IMG/VR virus record: IMGVR_UViG_2974607751_000001
Span: 35,533-99,532 of that record
Reading direction: 5' to 3' (one strand)
DNA length: 64,000 bases
Source of the DNA: a virus
Lineage: Duplodnaviria > Heunggongvirae > Uroviricota > Caudoviricetes > Demerecviridae
Below the pieces are notes generated by a model, which saw nothing but the letters and a program-made list of their open reading frames with translations, ran no database searches and was not told the DNA's origin. The translations under genes and the position numbers were made by a program. Positions 8,551 through 18,613 of this stretch are shown here, in pieces. Every line of letters starts with the position of its first letter. Within the stretch, counting starts at the first letter, position 1.

Positions 8551-11323
8551 TTCTAGCCCCCAATTCAGCAAGAGCTTCCTCATGCATCTGACGTTCTTCA
8601 TCTGTCATAAACTTAACTGGAACCGGCATACATTCGATTTTACAGTAAGTTCTGTACCAGTCCACAATCTTTTCCGTATTCAGATCTTTACCAATACCCA
8701 TCATGCCTAGATACATACGAGCATATTTTGAGTTAGCACTTTGACCTGTCTTAAGGAAGAAATCCTTCTTCTTATTCTTAAGAGCTTCAATAAATGGTTT
8801 GATTGTTACATTTGAACACTTCTTAATATCTTCCCAGAACATATCGTGCATCTTATGGAAGAATGCAGCTCTATCGTTTGGTTTATCCTTGATATACTGT
8901 TCAACGTGTTCCACTGTTACGTCTTTGATAGAATCCAGATGATAATAACGTACCAATAGTAACTTAGCTTCATATGCATCTGCATGACGTGGTGCGCAGT
9001 ATTCAGGAGTTGAGTATAGAATAGCTTTGATTCGCTCTTCAATATATTCTTTACCTGCTCCCTCGATAGTTCCCCAGCTTTCACTGAAAATATCGATAGT
9101 TGCACCCTGATCAAGCAGATAATAACGCAAGGTGCTAGTATAGTTCCTAGATTCCAGCTCACGACGGCGTGCGTACAGTTGCTGAGCTAACTCGACCCAA
9201 CCCTCATCGATATTATATTGCTCGGAACCAGCAGAGAATCCACTCGTAGATTTATCAATAAAATAATAAATGTTCTGAGCACCACGGTCGCGCCTGATTG
9301 CCTGAAAACGCATGTTTGGTGCTTGGTTTGAGGTTCGAGTGATAACAAATACGTTATCAAAATAGTTAAAGTCAACACCACTTGTTACAGATGGACTACA
9401 TAATAAACAATCAATCTGTTGATCAATTAGCTCATTAGTTGTATAATCCAGAATACGTCGGATATCTACATCAGACGTAGAGTTTGAGTGAATTTCTTTA
9501 ACTAACGCACCCGTATTACGACGTAATGCCATTCCTTTTTCATTCAGTTCATCTGGTCCGCAGTCAGATACTAGGATCGATTTCTCACCCATCTCTAGGG
9601 ATGTTTGAAGTGCAACCCAAATACTGGATTCATCAGGGAACTCATAAGCATGAGCTTTTGACAGCATTTTACGGTGATGGTTATAGAACGCAACTGGTTT
9701 ATCAAACTCAATCAAAGAACCATAGGCTTCAATCGTTTCAGCACTAATATCACCATCAGATAGAATTATGATTTTTGCAGTTGCAAGAATATCTCGAAGA
9801 ACCTGAATACATTCACGACGGTTTTTAACAACTGGGGCGAATAATAGGTCATTCATTACTGCGTCACATTCATCAATAAAGATGGCATCGATCTGACCAA
9901 TAAAGCTTTTGAACTTATGTAAGGAGTGGATAGTGGTTGACATACGATTAATCGCACCACGCTTGAAATTAAGCATGTCTACTGATTTATCATATTGACC
10001 AGCACCGAATTTCTTCGCATTTGAAGATACTAATGCCCGGGTATTCGTGATAGCAAGGAAATTACCTTCAATAACTCCAGAGTCTAGCCAACGTACAACC
10101 GCAGTGGTCTTACCAGTACCAAGACTAGCTTTTACAAACGTCATATGGTTTTCTGGTGGCACTGTATTTAACTTCAGGAAGTTATCCGTTTCCAGAGAGT
10201 TAGTTTCTAGTCTACGAAGTGGAACTCCTTTCAGAACTTCTGGAATCTCACGTTTAGAATTATTCACAAACGCTTTCAATGCCTGTTTACGACCATTATT
10301 GAAGTAGTCTTGAATATTACGGCTGTTATCTTTAGTTGCAATATACTCAGATAGAGCTGGTCTAATTTCCTTTTCTAACCAACCAAAATCAACACCGTCC
10401 TCTAAAGCTCTATGATAAAGTTTTGGAATAATACGTAAATACACTCCATCATCAGCTTCTTCTAACTCACTAATGGTTTCTTCTACCTTATCTGAGGCTG
10501 CTTTCTTACCCTTAATTTGATCTAACAAAGAGAAGAACTCCTCTTTAAACTCACCTCTAGTTGTTTCATAGTCCACTAGGTTATTAGGTAAATTTACTTT
10601 CGAACCCTTAACAAACACCAAACGTGACGCACCCTCCGCCTTAAACGGATCGACTATACCATCAATAAATAAGGGATCTGCGAAATAGTGAAGCTGAACT
10701 GAAGAGTAATAAGCTAAGTCGGCAATATCAAAACCGTACTTTTGTCTACTACTTTCATTGATAGATGTGAAAAGGAACTTGATCTGCCCTTGTGTTACCT
10801 TGACGTTAGATTCTAGTATTAAGTGCATTCGAATACCTGGTTTTAAGCCAGCTGAAGATGATGCATGAGCAATAAACCCGGCATCAAGAGGAAACATATC
10901 CTCACTAATACTATTTAACATCTTGATAATATGACGTGCCATGCCAACAAGATCAAACTTGTTACAACCACCTGTATCTACAATACCATCAACGTCCATT
11001 GCAATAATGTGACTTGGGTTAGATACATTAAAGTTGCCCTTCTTACGTCGCACATTAATTTTGGGTGCAAGACAACGACCTCGTACCGCAACGATATGAG
11101 GGTCAGACGTTAAACGTCTCATAAGAGGAAGCATTTCTACTAGGGACTGCGGATCAACCTCATCAATTACATCGAATTTGAATGGCATAGATACCGGTTT
11201 ACCTTCTGGATGAGACGCAGAGAACTGCTTAGCAAAGGTATGATCCTCTACCTTAATCTCTTTCCATAAACCTGTACCTAGATCGCGTGAAAATCCTGCG
11301 TGACCTTGTAGGATGGAAAACAC
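8534..11323 (-). CDS. Large P-loop NTPase / helicase-like replication protein (putative origin-binding or primase-helicase)
   Basis: 929 aa with Walker A LGTGKTTAVV and helicase-like C-terminal motifs. The N-terminal region contains IIAMDVDGI. Confidence 0.55.
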   Translation of the reverse strand: MFSILQGHAGFSRDLGTGLWKEIKVEDHTFAKQFSASHPEGKPVSMPFKFDVIDEVDPQSLVEMLPLMRRLTSDPHIVAVRGRCLAPKINVRRKKGNFNVSNPSHIIAMDVDGIVDTGGCNKFDLVGMARHIIKMLNSISEDMFPLDAGFIAHASSSAGLKPGIRMHLILESNVKVTQGQIKFLFTSINESSRQKYGFDIADLAYYSSVQLHYFADPLFIDGIVDPFKAEGASRLVFVKGSKVNLPNNLVDYETTRGEFKEEFFSLLDQIKGKKAASDKVEETISELEEADDGVYLRIIPKLYHRALEDGVDFGWLEKEIRPALSEYIATKDNSRNIQDYFNNGRKQALKAFVNNSKREIPEVLKGVPLRRLETNSLETDNFLKLNTVPPENHMTFVKASLGTGKTTAVVRWLDSGVIEGNFLAITNTRALVSSNAKKFGAGQYDKSVDMLNFKRGAINRMSTTIHSLHKFKSFIGQIDAIFIDECDAVMNDLLFAPVVKNRRECIQVLRDILATAKIIILSDGDISAETIEAYGSLIEFDKPVAFYNHHRKMLSKAHAYEFPDESSIWVALQTSLEMGEKSILVSDCGPDELNEKGMALRRNTGALVKEIHSNSTSDVDIRRILDYTTNELIDQQIDCLLCSPSVTSGVDFNYFDNVFVITRTSNQAPNMRFQAIRRDRGAQNIYYFIDKSTSGFSAGSEQYNIDEGWVELAQQLYARRRELESRNYTSTLRYYLLDQGATIDIFSESWGTIEGAGKEYIEERIKAILYSTPEYCAPRHADAYEAKLLLVRYYHLDSIKDVTVEHVEQYIKDKPNDRAAFFHKMHDMFWEDIKKCSNVTIKPFIEALKNKKKDFFLKTGQSANSKYARMYLGMMGIGKDLNTEKIVDWYRTYCKIECMPVPVKFMTDEERQMHEEALAELGARNDSEE

Positions 11324-11822
11324 AACAATACTCCTGTGTTGGAAATGAAATAAGTTTTCTTTAGGACTATTCAGAAAGAATAGAACAACTGTTACTGTTA
11401 ATCTTCGAACAAAAGAATCTCAAATACTGAAGTGGGGTGGCAACTTCCACTTTCACGCTGCGCTGCTGCTTCACTATATCGCACAAATCCTTGAGGAAAG
11501 CCGCTAAGCCAGATTTGCTCACCTAATGCTTCATGTACAAGCTCATACTAGATGCAATATAACTTACAGAATCACGTCTCGGAGTTTTTCACTCCTCCCG
11601 TCTCACTTCACAACCACCTCTATCTAGGTTGCTTCGAGGCCTTACCAGGGTTCCTACGGGACGCAGATCGCTAAGTATTCTATTAATTATTTGTTTAAAA
11701 ACTAACACGTAACAGTTAAAACAACCTTTAATGGGGCAGCCTAACTGTTCCGTATTGCGGATTGTAAACAAGAAAAATTAGCAAAATCAATTTTTACTAA
11801 TGTCTCTCAATTCAATATAAAT

Positions 11823-11851
11823 ATTATATCAAGATTTTGAGCGTCCTGCAA
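11823..11851 (-). promoter_or_regulatory. early promoter (TTGCAG-17-TATAAT) starting a ~500-nt leader for the 929-aa gene
   Basis: Reverse complement reads TTGCAGgacgctcaaaatcttgaTATAATatttatattgaattgagagac. Confidence 0.5.
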
Positions 11852-11942
11852 GTAAAATTTTCCGGATGGTGCTATTAGTGTCTTTGAACACAGTGAAAAC
11901 CGAGCCAAATTGACTCGGTAATCAGGATTGGGCTAATGAAAA

Positions 11943-12353
11943 TCAATCATCATTTAGGCCTGGTACATAGATCCCAACACTATCTAATTGAATTTTAGCT
12001 TCTTCGAGGATCTTAGGATCATACTCCCAAACCCCATCATCAGCTACTAAAAGGTATGGGGACTCGCCAACATGGGGGTCACGTGCAATGGCCAAACCAC
12101 GTGGGTGGAATATAGAGAAGTTAAGGGCAACAATTAAACCCATCTCTGATAATTCATTCCAGTCCATCTCCACATACTCAATATCTTCGTTATCAGGTAC
12201 ATATATCTTGAGGAATATCCCTAGACTATGATCATCTACCTGTACATCAGGAAACGTTACACTAGCTTCAAGTGCACCTAACCAACGTGCAAGGAGCCCT
12301 TCAGCACGCTCTACCAAACTAGGATCTATCTGACGCCAAAATACTTGTTCCAT
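11943..12353 (-). CDS. hypothetical protein, paralog of the next gene
   Basis: It shares SEMGLIVALN and the C-terminal IYVPGLN pattern with the 12363..12791 ORF. Confidence 0.5.
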   Translation of the reverse strand: MEQVFWRQIDPSLVERAEGLLARWLGALEASVTFPDVQVDDHSLGIFLKIYVPDNEDIEYVEMDWNELSEMGLIVALNFSIFHPRGLAIARDPHVGESPYLLVADDGVWEYDPKILEEAKIQLDSVGIYVPGLNDD

Positions 12354-12362
12354 TCTGCCTCC

Positions 12363-12791
12363 TTAAGCAGTTAAACCTGGGATCATATACCCGAAACGAC
12401 GAAGTTTCTGAATCCCCTCATTTACTTCTTCGGGCGAATATGACCAGCCCTCACGTTCATTTACCTGGAAAGCAGGAGCTTCACCAGTGCGATAATTTAC
12501 AATAAGACGGTGATTTGCAGGCATAAATAGCTTATGGTTCAAGGCAAAAACCAGACCCATTTCATCGAGTTCTTTCCAGTCTACAATCTCTTCTACTCCC
12601 TCACCTAAATCCACACTAACTCCAATACACGGGGCTTCCTCTAGCGGGCCTTTAAAAGACAGGAAGATATCATTATTCTCACACCAAATCTTGAGCAGAT
12701 TGATAGTTTCATTATACATACCATTAGGGAGAGAACGCCAGAAGTTGAGGAGTATAGGGTTTACTTCTTTCATGAAAATATTATTGAACAT
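12363..12791 (-). CDS. hypothetical protein, tandem paralog
   Basis: DEMGLVFALN and a C-terminal YMIPGL match the neighbouring ORF. Confidence 0.5.
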   Translation of the reverse strand: MFNNIFMKEVNPILLNFWRSLPNGMYNETINLLKIWCENNDIFLSFKGPLEEAPCIGVSVDLGEGVEEIVDWKELDEMGLVFALNHKLFMPANHRLIVNYRTGEAPAFQVNEREGWSYSPEEVNEGIQKLRRFGYMIPGLTA

Positions 12792-12793
12792 AC

Positions 12794-13333
12794 TTACACC
12801 TTGAGTTTCTGAAGAGCCTTACACATTTCAAGATCTGGACTAAACTCCAGCATATAGCTGATAGCATTTAAATCTTGAAGGTTTATTCCAGTCCTGCCAT
12901 TTACAATAACAGTAGGGAATTGGTACATCATCGCACCAGCATCGTCTAAGACGCACCAATGCTTGAGCTTATGTTTTTCTACGAAACGTAAAACAGAATT
13001 ACCACGAGATAAACCGCCTCCAGTAAAATCTGTTGTACCAAGAAAACGATCGATCAAACCAAGACTGGTCATAATCTGAACGTTCTCCATTTCATTTTTC
13101 ACAGAAAACCACGAGGATACCCCAACAATCATTATTGGGGAGGGTTTAAGGAAGTTCTGAAAAGCCTGGAGTAATGGCTTATAAACCCAATCACTGCCAA
13201 AGAACAGCTTTTCATTATTCGGAGCATGATGGTGAGAGATGCTCGAATTGAGCACCCCATCAATATCCAGGAAAATCACAGGAGTATTACTTATTTCCAC
13301 CAGTAGCATCCCACGTCCAGACTTTAACTTCAT
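12794..13333 (-). CDS. HAD-superfamily phosphatase
   Basis: FLDIDGVLN is HAD motif I (DxDG). Confidence 0.55.
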   Translation of the reverse strand: MKLKSGRGMLLVEISNTPVIFLDIDGVLNSSISHHHAPNNEKLFFGSDWVYKPLLQAFQNFLKPSPIMIVGVSSWFSVKNEMENVQIMTSLGLIDRFLGTTDFTGGGLSRGNSVLRFVEKHKLKHWCVLDDAGAMMYQFPTVIVNGRTGINLQDLNAISYMLEFSPDLEMCKALQKLKV

Positions 13334-13472
13334 CAGTAAAAGGAACTGGAACCTTCAATTCACCTTTACCCCACATAACAGATATGAATAGAGAATAAAT
13401 GGTAATCATACCGATTAGGTTGACAAACCATACTAGACCCTTCCAGATACCCTTAAAAATCTTCTTTATCAT
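13287..13472 (-). CDS. small membrane protein
   Basis: Single predicted TM segment. Confidence 0.3.
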   Translation of the reverse strand: MIKKIFKGIWKGLVWFVNLIGMITIYSLFISVMWGKGELKVPVPFTDEVKVWTWDATGGNK

Positions 13473-13684
13473 TCGTTCTCCTCTAGGAACACCTTATGTT
13501 CCGGGGTGTCGATATAGATTACACAGAAATCATCTGACATATAATCCATTTCCCACAACTCTTCACGATAGCACCATGTTTTATCTGGCCATACAATTAT
13601 ATCATCAGGGTGTCTTTTAGGTGATTTGTAAAATCGGGGGTCTGATCCCATATCTCCCATTTTACCCTTATTAGGATGCGACAT
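13469..13684 (-). CDS. hypothetical small protein
   Basis: Short ORF packed tightly between neighbours. Confidence 0.35.
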   Translation of the reverse strand: MSHPNKGKMGDMGSDPRFYKSPKRHPDDIIVWPDKTWCYREELWEMDYMSDDFCVIYIDTPEHKVFLEENE

Positions 13685-14513
13685 AAATAGTTCCTTCCAT
13701 AAAGGCTTCTACTTGACCAATGAAGTGTTTGTTACCAAAAACTTCGGCAGCCCCAGCACGCCATACAGTAACACCACGTTTCTCATACTCAAGCTGTTCG
13801 TCATAACGAACTTGTGGGTTAACAACCATCATCTTAGTTCCACGACATACAGCAGGAAATAGCTCCCAGTTGAAGTCGATTACTTGGTTGCTACAACCTA
13901 CTACAATAACCATATCATTGCTAGTAAGTGTATCAAACAGGTTAATCTGACCCATATACCACGGAGCCGTCTCACCAAAGAATGTTACGTTTGGTTTGAC
14001 CCATTCGTAATCTTCAGGGGCAATCGCAGTATACCCAACATCTTCGATGATTTGGTTGCGACCCTGACGATAGATCACCTCTTTCAAGTACCCGTGAGCG
14101 TGAATGATTTCATCACGAGGGATACCAGCACGTTCCAGAAGGTCATCAACGTTAGTAGTGAAGTTCTTCACGCTATCCGCACCATAACGCTGGAACCATT
14201 CTGCAACTCGCATATGGGCAATGTTAGGCTCAACAGTCTGTAATTCCTGACGACGCATATTGTAGAACTCATGAGTCTTGAGATACAGATCGTTACCATC
14301 TTCATCAATGCCAGGGAAACGAGCACTGAAGTAGTTAGGATCATCTTCACCACAGAAGCGACGGAAGCCAGCTTCAAAGTTAGGCAAGCTACATACTTCC
14401 TCTAGATCGTACTCATCCCACAAGGATTTCCCACTAGCAGTATCAGTACGGAAAGCACGAACACCACTATCTACACTCAAACCTGCACCACTAACAACGA
14501 TTAGTCTACGCAT
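13671..14513 (-). CDS. Sir2/sirtuin-family NAD-dependent protein
   Basis: VVSGAGLSVDSGVRAFR matches GAGIS.ESGIP.FR. Motifs NVDDL..HG, VVGCS and VNP follow the sirtuin order. Confidence 0.7.
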   Translation of the reverse strand: MRRLIVVSGAGLSVDSGVRAFRTDTASGKSLWDEYDLEEVCSLPNFEAGFRRFCGEDDPNYFSARFPGIDEDGNDLYLKTHEFYNMRRQELQTVEPNIAHMRVAEWFQRYGADSVKNFTTNVDDLLERAGIPRDEIIHAHGYLKEVIYRQGRNQIIEDVGYTAIAPEDYEWVKPNVTFFGETAPWYMGQINLFDTLTSNDMVIVVGCSNQVIDFNWELFPAVCRGTKMMVVNPQVRYDEQLEYEKRGVTVWRAGAAEVFGNKHFIGQVEAFMEGTIYVAS

Positions 14514-14791
14514 TATACGATTCCTTGCTTGAATCCTTCGATGATATTTTGGAGCAGAATTGCTTCTTCTGGGCGAACCTTCTCTTGCTTAATAAGCATA
14601 TCCAAACCAGCAATACAGGTAGCTACTCCAGCATTATACCCAGCATTCCACTGCTCCATGAGCATATTTTCTAAATTACTTTTTAGATTCTGATTCAAGA
14701 AGTCCATAAAGTTTTTCCTCCAATTCCATAATACGATTTTCGTAAGAAGCACGCAGCTTCTCGATGGACAAAGCACGAACTGTAACTTCAT
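14513..14791 (-). CDS. hypothetical small protein (true start probably the internal Met)
   Basis: This ORF overlaps 14676..14879 in another frame. Confidence 0.3.
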   Translation of the reverse strand: MKLQFVLCPSRSCVLLTKIVLWNWRKNFMDFLNQNLKSNLENMLMEQWNAGYNAGVATCIAGLDMLIKQEKVRPEEAILLQNIIEGFKQGIV

Positions 14792-14879
14792 CTGAATTGA
14801 TCGCTAGCTGAGCTAGATCTTCTGTTTCCATACGTCCGTTGTAAATTAAGCGATATTTAAGATGTTTTACGTTTTTCAT
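14676..14879 (-). CDS. hypothetical small protein
   Basis: Short ORF in the run of minus-strand early genes. Confidence 0.35.
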   Translation of the reverse strand: MKNVKHLKYRLIYNGRMETEDLAQLAINSDEVTVRALSIEKLRASYENRIMELEEKLYGLLESESKK

Positions 14880-14888
14880 TCTTGTTCC

Positions 14889-15170
14889 TTAGTTCTGTAC
14901 TGTAAATTCATTCTTATCACAGTGAGCATAATAATACCCATACATACGATAAATTTTCACAGCCTTAGTAGACCCCTTCGATTCTTCATAATCAATCCAG
15001 AGCCACTTGTCTTTACCTACATAATGTACCCGAAACTTCTTAACTTTCTTATCATTCCATGTTGCAACAACACGACGATAATCAAATCCGCCCAACCAAT
15101 CTAGAGCCTTACGTTCTTCACTAGGCTCTCCAAGATGGGAAACATCTACTTTCGGAAGCAATTCGCTCAT
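14889..15170 (-). CDS. hypothetical protein
   Basis: Intact ORF preceded on the minus strand by an RBS. Confidence 0.45.
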   Translation of the reverse strand: MSELLPKVDVSHLGEPSEERKALDWLGGFDYRRVVATWNDKKVKKFRVHYVGKDKWLWIDYEESKGSTKAVKIYRMYGYYYAHCDKNEFTVQN

Positions 15171-15268
15171 AGCTTTCTCCTCTCAAATTTATAAATCAAT
15201 TATACATAAGTTTTAGCTCGAAAGCAAATAAAATAAAAGCCAGGTCGACTAGCAACCTGGCTGATTCA

Positions 15269-17143
15269 TTATTTAGCGCGAATGTCTTGATGTTTCACTC
15301 GACCCATAACCTCATGCTGTTTGCCTGGGTTAAATGGACGAGCACCTGGATTTCCGAGATATCCACAAACTCGACGAGTTACCTCAAGAGTCTCAGGATC
15401 ATGGTTGCCACAGATAGGGCATTTGAAACCATCCTCAGAAGCTATAGTTTCACCCAAGAACCCACATTCCCCACAAGAGTCTACTGGAGTATTAATACCG
15501 AAATAATGAACTTTACTTGCAGCATAGTTAATAACCCATTCCAGTGCATCTGGGAATCGTTTCATGTCTGGCAATTCCACATAGGAAATGCACCCACCAG
15601 AAGCAATTGGAGTAAAGTTAGACTCATAATCAAACTTCACGTTTGGAGCAACCTTACGCTCCACATCAAGGTGATGGGAGTTAGTGTAGTATCCTTTAGC
15701 CAGAATATCTTCATGCTCTGGGAAATACTCACGGTCTAGACGACAGAAGCGATCACACAGAGATTCAGATGGTGTAGCATATAGACTATAACCTAATTGA
15801 GTCTCTTCCTTCTTCTGATCAGCACGATCACGCATATACTGTAACACACGTTGAACGAACTTGATACAAGACTCAGACATTGTATCTACGTCTTTACCAA
15901 ACATGAACTGCAACATTTCGTGACAGCCTATATATCCTAGAGATACAGAAGCACGCTTGTAGAAATGATCAAATACATATTCATCTGGCCCCAGACGTAA
16001 TCCAAAGGCTCCTGACATATAGAGGATGGGCGCAGCTTTAGCTTGAATGTATTTTAAGCGATCAACCCTCCACTCCAATGCTTTTAACGCAGTATCAACA
16101 CGCAGCTCGAGCAGATCGAAGAATAGATCAATATTTCCTTCTGCTTCAATAGCGATTCGAGGAAGGTTTACAGAGACAACGCCTAAATTGTTACGACCAG
16201 AAGTCTCCCCATCTTCTGCAGCAGCTAAGAATGAACGACAGCCCATAGAGACTTTGTAGTCGCCAGTAACTTCTACAACCTTATCATAACTGATATAGTC
16301 AGGATACATACGTTCAGCAGTACATTTCATAGCTAACTTCTTGATATCATAGTTGACATCTCCAGGTTTCATATTTACGCCATCTTGCAGAACAAATACT
16401 AGTTTAGGGAAGATAGCTGTACGTTTATTAATACCCAAACCATCCATGCGCACTTCTAGGATTGCTTTCTGTACAAGACGTGCTTCCCAAGAAGTTCCTA
16501 GACCAAAACCAAAGGTAATAAATGGACTCTGACCATTAGAGTTGAACATCGTATTGATTTCGTACTCTAGACCTTGACAGGCATCGTAAACTTCCTTCTC
16601 AGTCATTTCCGTAGCCATTACAGATGCTTTGGCTTCATCCTTAGTCCAACGTTTTGCAAACGCATGATTCTTATCATAAGACTTACGAACATAGGGAGCC
16701 AATACTTCATCTAATCGGTCTACAGAAGTACCACCATACTGATGGGAGCTAACTTGAGTGATAATCTGAGCTGTAATAGCAGCCGCAGTAGTAATAGAGT
16801 TTGGTGTACTGATTTCAGCATTACCAACCTTCATACCATTCTTCAACATATCTTCCAAAGCAACCAGGCAACAGTTAGTCATACCTAACGCAGCGTAATC
16901 AGCATCATGGAAGTGAATATCACCAATCATGTGAGCATTTCGAATCTGGATTGGCATTTCTTCCAGAATCAGATATTTACTCAATTCCCCTGCAAGCATA
17001 TCCCTTTGTGTAGGGAAACGTTCTGAGGGCTTATTGGCATTATTAAACAGCAGCTCTTCATCTGCTGAACCTTCGATAATTTCTTTGCAGTTTCGAATCA
17101 AGGACTGCATTCCTTTATATTTTAGTTCTTCATTGCGATTCAT
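15269..17143 (-). CDS. nrdD: Anaerobic ribonucleoside-triphosphate reductase (class III, glycyl radical)
   Basis: The C-terminal glycyl radical motif is TRRVCGYLG. A Zn ribbon CGECGF...CPICG lies just upstream of it. Confidence 0.9.
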   Translation of the reverse strand: MNRNEELKYKGMQSLIRNCKEIIEGSADEELLFNNANKPSERFPTQRDMLAGELSKYLILEEMPIQIRNAHMIGDIHFHDADYAALGMTNCCLVALEDMLKNGMKVGNAEISTPNSITTAAAITAQIITQVSSHQYGGTSVDRLDEVLAPYVRKSYDKNHAFAKRWTKDEAKASVMATEMTEKEVYDACQGLEYEINTMFNSNGQSPFITFGFGLGTSWEARLVQKAILEVRMDGLGINKRTAIFPKLVFVLQDGVNMKPGDVNYDIKKLAMKCTAERMYPDYISYDKVVEVTGDYKVSMGCRSFLAAAEDGETSGRNNLGVVSVNLPRIAIEAEGNIDLFFDLLELRVDTALKALEWRVDRLKYIQAKAAPILYMSGAFGLRLGPDEYVFDHFYKRASVSLGYIGCHEMLQFMFGKDVDTMSESCIKFVQRVLQYMRDRADQKKEETQLGYSLYATPSESLCDRFCRLDREYFPEHEDILAKGYYTNSHHLDVERKVAPNVKFDYESNFTPIASGGCISYVELPDMKRFPDALEWVINYAASKVHYFGINTPVDSCGECGFLGETIASEDGFKCPICGNHDPETLEVTRRVCGYLGNPGARPFNPGKQHEVMGRVKHQDIRAK

Positions 17144-17172
17144 TATACCCTCCTTCTCTAACTAAGACTACT

Positions 17173-17201
17173 ATTATAACTCATTCGAAGGCGGATGTCA
17201 A
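17173..17201 (-). promoter_or_regulatory. nrdD promoter, perfect consensus TTGACA-17-TATAAT
   Basis: Reverse complement reads TTGACAtccgccttcgaatgagtTATAATagtagtcttagttagagaaggagggtataATG. Confidence 0.6.
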
Positions 17202-17250
17202 TATAATTTTTCTCTTAACATATGACAATTGATTTTAGTCAAAATTGTGT

Positions 17251-17279
17251 TTGCTTTCATGCTCTATTTTAGATATAAT
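17251..17279 (+). promoter_or_regulatory. early promoter P1 for the phoH-nrdAB operon
   Basis: Sequence is TTGCTTtcatgctctattttagaTATAAT. Confidence 0.55.
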
Positions 17280-17391
17280 CACGCACCCGTGTACGCGATA
17301 TAAAATGATTATCTAGTACCACACATCTCCCAATAAAAGCAAGCAAATTTTTTATTTAAATGCAATATCATAGGCTTATTTAAAATTGTAG

Positions 17392-17420
17392 TTGCTTTCT
17401 CCCGCATATATTGGTATAAT
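17392..17420 (+). promoter_or_regulatory. early promoter P2 for the phoH-nrdAB operon
   Basis: Sequence is TTGCTTtctcccgcatatattggTATAAT. Confidence 0.55.
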
Positions 17421-17493
17421 ATATTTGTAAGTTGATAAACAAGATCTTTTTGTTGATCCTCTGTTAGCGAAGTACACTATAGGAGTGTTATTT

Positions 17494-18246
17494 ATGGGAA
17501 AAGCACGTCAAAAAAGAGAGAACCGCAATGGTTCAAGAAAGCGTGGCAACAAGTACGAGAGTAACGTAATTCAAGCAGATTTCTCTGGTGATTACGCCAA
17601 TCCAGTTGCTAAATCCCTAGTTGGTAAAAACCGTGAGCAAAAATCATATATCAATATGATCAAGAACAACACAGTGACTGTGGGTATCGGTGAACCAGGT
17701 ACTGGTAAAACCTTTATTCCATCCGTTCTTGCAGCTCAGGAACTCGTAGACATTCACTCAGATATTGAGCAAGTGATCCTCGTGCGTCCGAACGAACCTC
17801 TAGGTAAATCTCTTGGTATGCTCCCAGGTGATCTGGCAGAAAAGCTAGAGCCTTGGTTGGAACCAATAGCCGATGGCATGAAATGGGCAATCGGTGATCA
17901 CGCCTACAAAGGGTATGTCGAACGTCAGAAAATCAAATTCCTGGCTATCGAACATGCCCGTGGCCGAACTTTCAACAACTCCTATGTAATTGTCGATGAA
18001 GCTCAGAATATCTCCGTTGAAGCAATGATCTGTCTCCTGACTCGTGTAGGACAAGATTGTCGTTTAATTATCTGTGGGGATATAGCTCAGAAAGACATCA
18101 AGGGTGATTCAGGTCTAGCACTTCTTATGGAAGTCTATGAGAAGTACGAAAACTCTCCTTTCTCTATGATCGAACTGATCGACAACGTTCGCTCACCAGA
18201 GTCTAAAGCATTCTACGATATCTTTAAGGATATGGGGAAGGTGTAA
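17494..18246 (+). CDS. phoH: PhoH-like ATPase
   Basis: Walker A GEPGTGKTF and Walker B VIVDEAQN are present. Confidence 0.85.
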   Translation: MGKARQKRENRNGSRKRGNKYESNVIQADFSGDYANPVAKSLVGKNREQKSYINMIKNNTVTVGIGEPGTGKTFIPSVLAAQELVDIHSDIEQVILVRPNEPLGKSLGMLPGDLAEKLEPWLEPIADGMKWAIGDHAYKGYVERQKIKFLAIEHARGRTFNNSYVIVDEAQNISVEAMICLLTRVGQDCRLIICGDIAQKDIKGDSGLALLMEVYEKYENSPFSMIELIDNVRSPESKAFYDIFKDMGKV

Positions 18247-18247
18247 T

Positions 18248-18490
18248 ATGGGAAACGTCGTACATCTACACCGCAAAACTAAGATCCACCGTACTTCACT
18301 GAGTGCTGCTAATATGATTACACGTAAGGAAGGAGAAGAAAGTCCTAAGACTACCCTAGCGTGGAAAATTGTAGCCTCTAATCCAAATCGGCCTTTCAAC
18401 TATAATGAACTAAGTACTTCTATAGACATTCTAATGGCTAAGGAAATACGACAGAAACTAACTGATATGACCGATAAACTTAAACGGTAA
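18248..18490 (+). CDS. hypothetical small protein
   Basis: ORF directly after phoH, followed by a terminator. Confidence 0.4.
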   Translation: MGNVVHLHRKTKIHRTSLSAANMITRKEGEESPKTTLAWKIVASNPNRPFNYNELSTSIDILMAKEIRQKLTDMTDKLKR

Positions 18491-18497
18491 GACAGAC

Positions 18498-18530
18498 GAG
18501 CCTGGGTATGAAAATATCCGGGCTCTTTTT
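18498..18530 (+). terminator. rho-independent terminator
   Basis: Sequence is gagcctgggtatgaaaatatccgggctcttttt. Confidence 0.6.
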
Positions 18531-18613
18531 ATCTGTAAAATTGTACTTGCAAAATGACCCAAAACAAAGTAGAATATTTCCTAAATCCTGATAACTACAA
18601 AAAGGAAAGCCAA

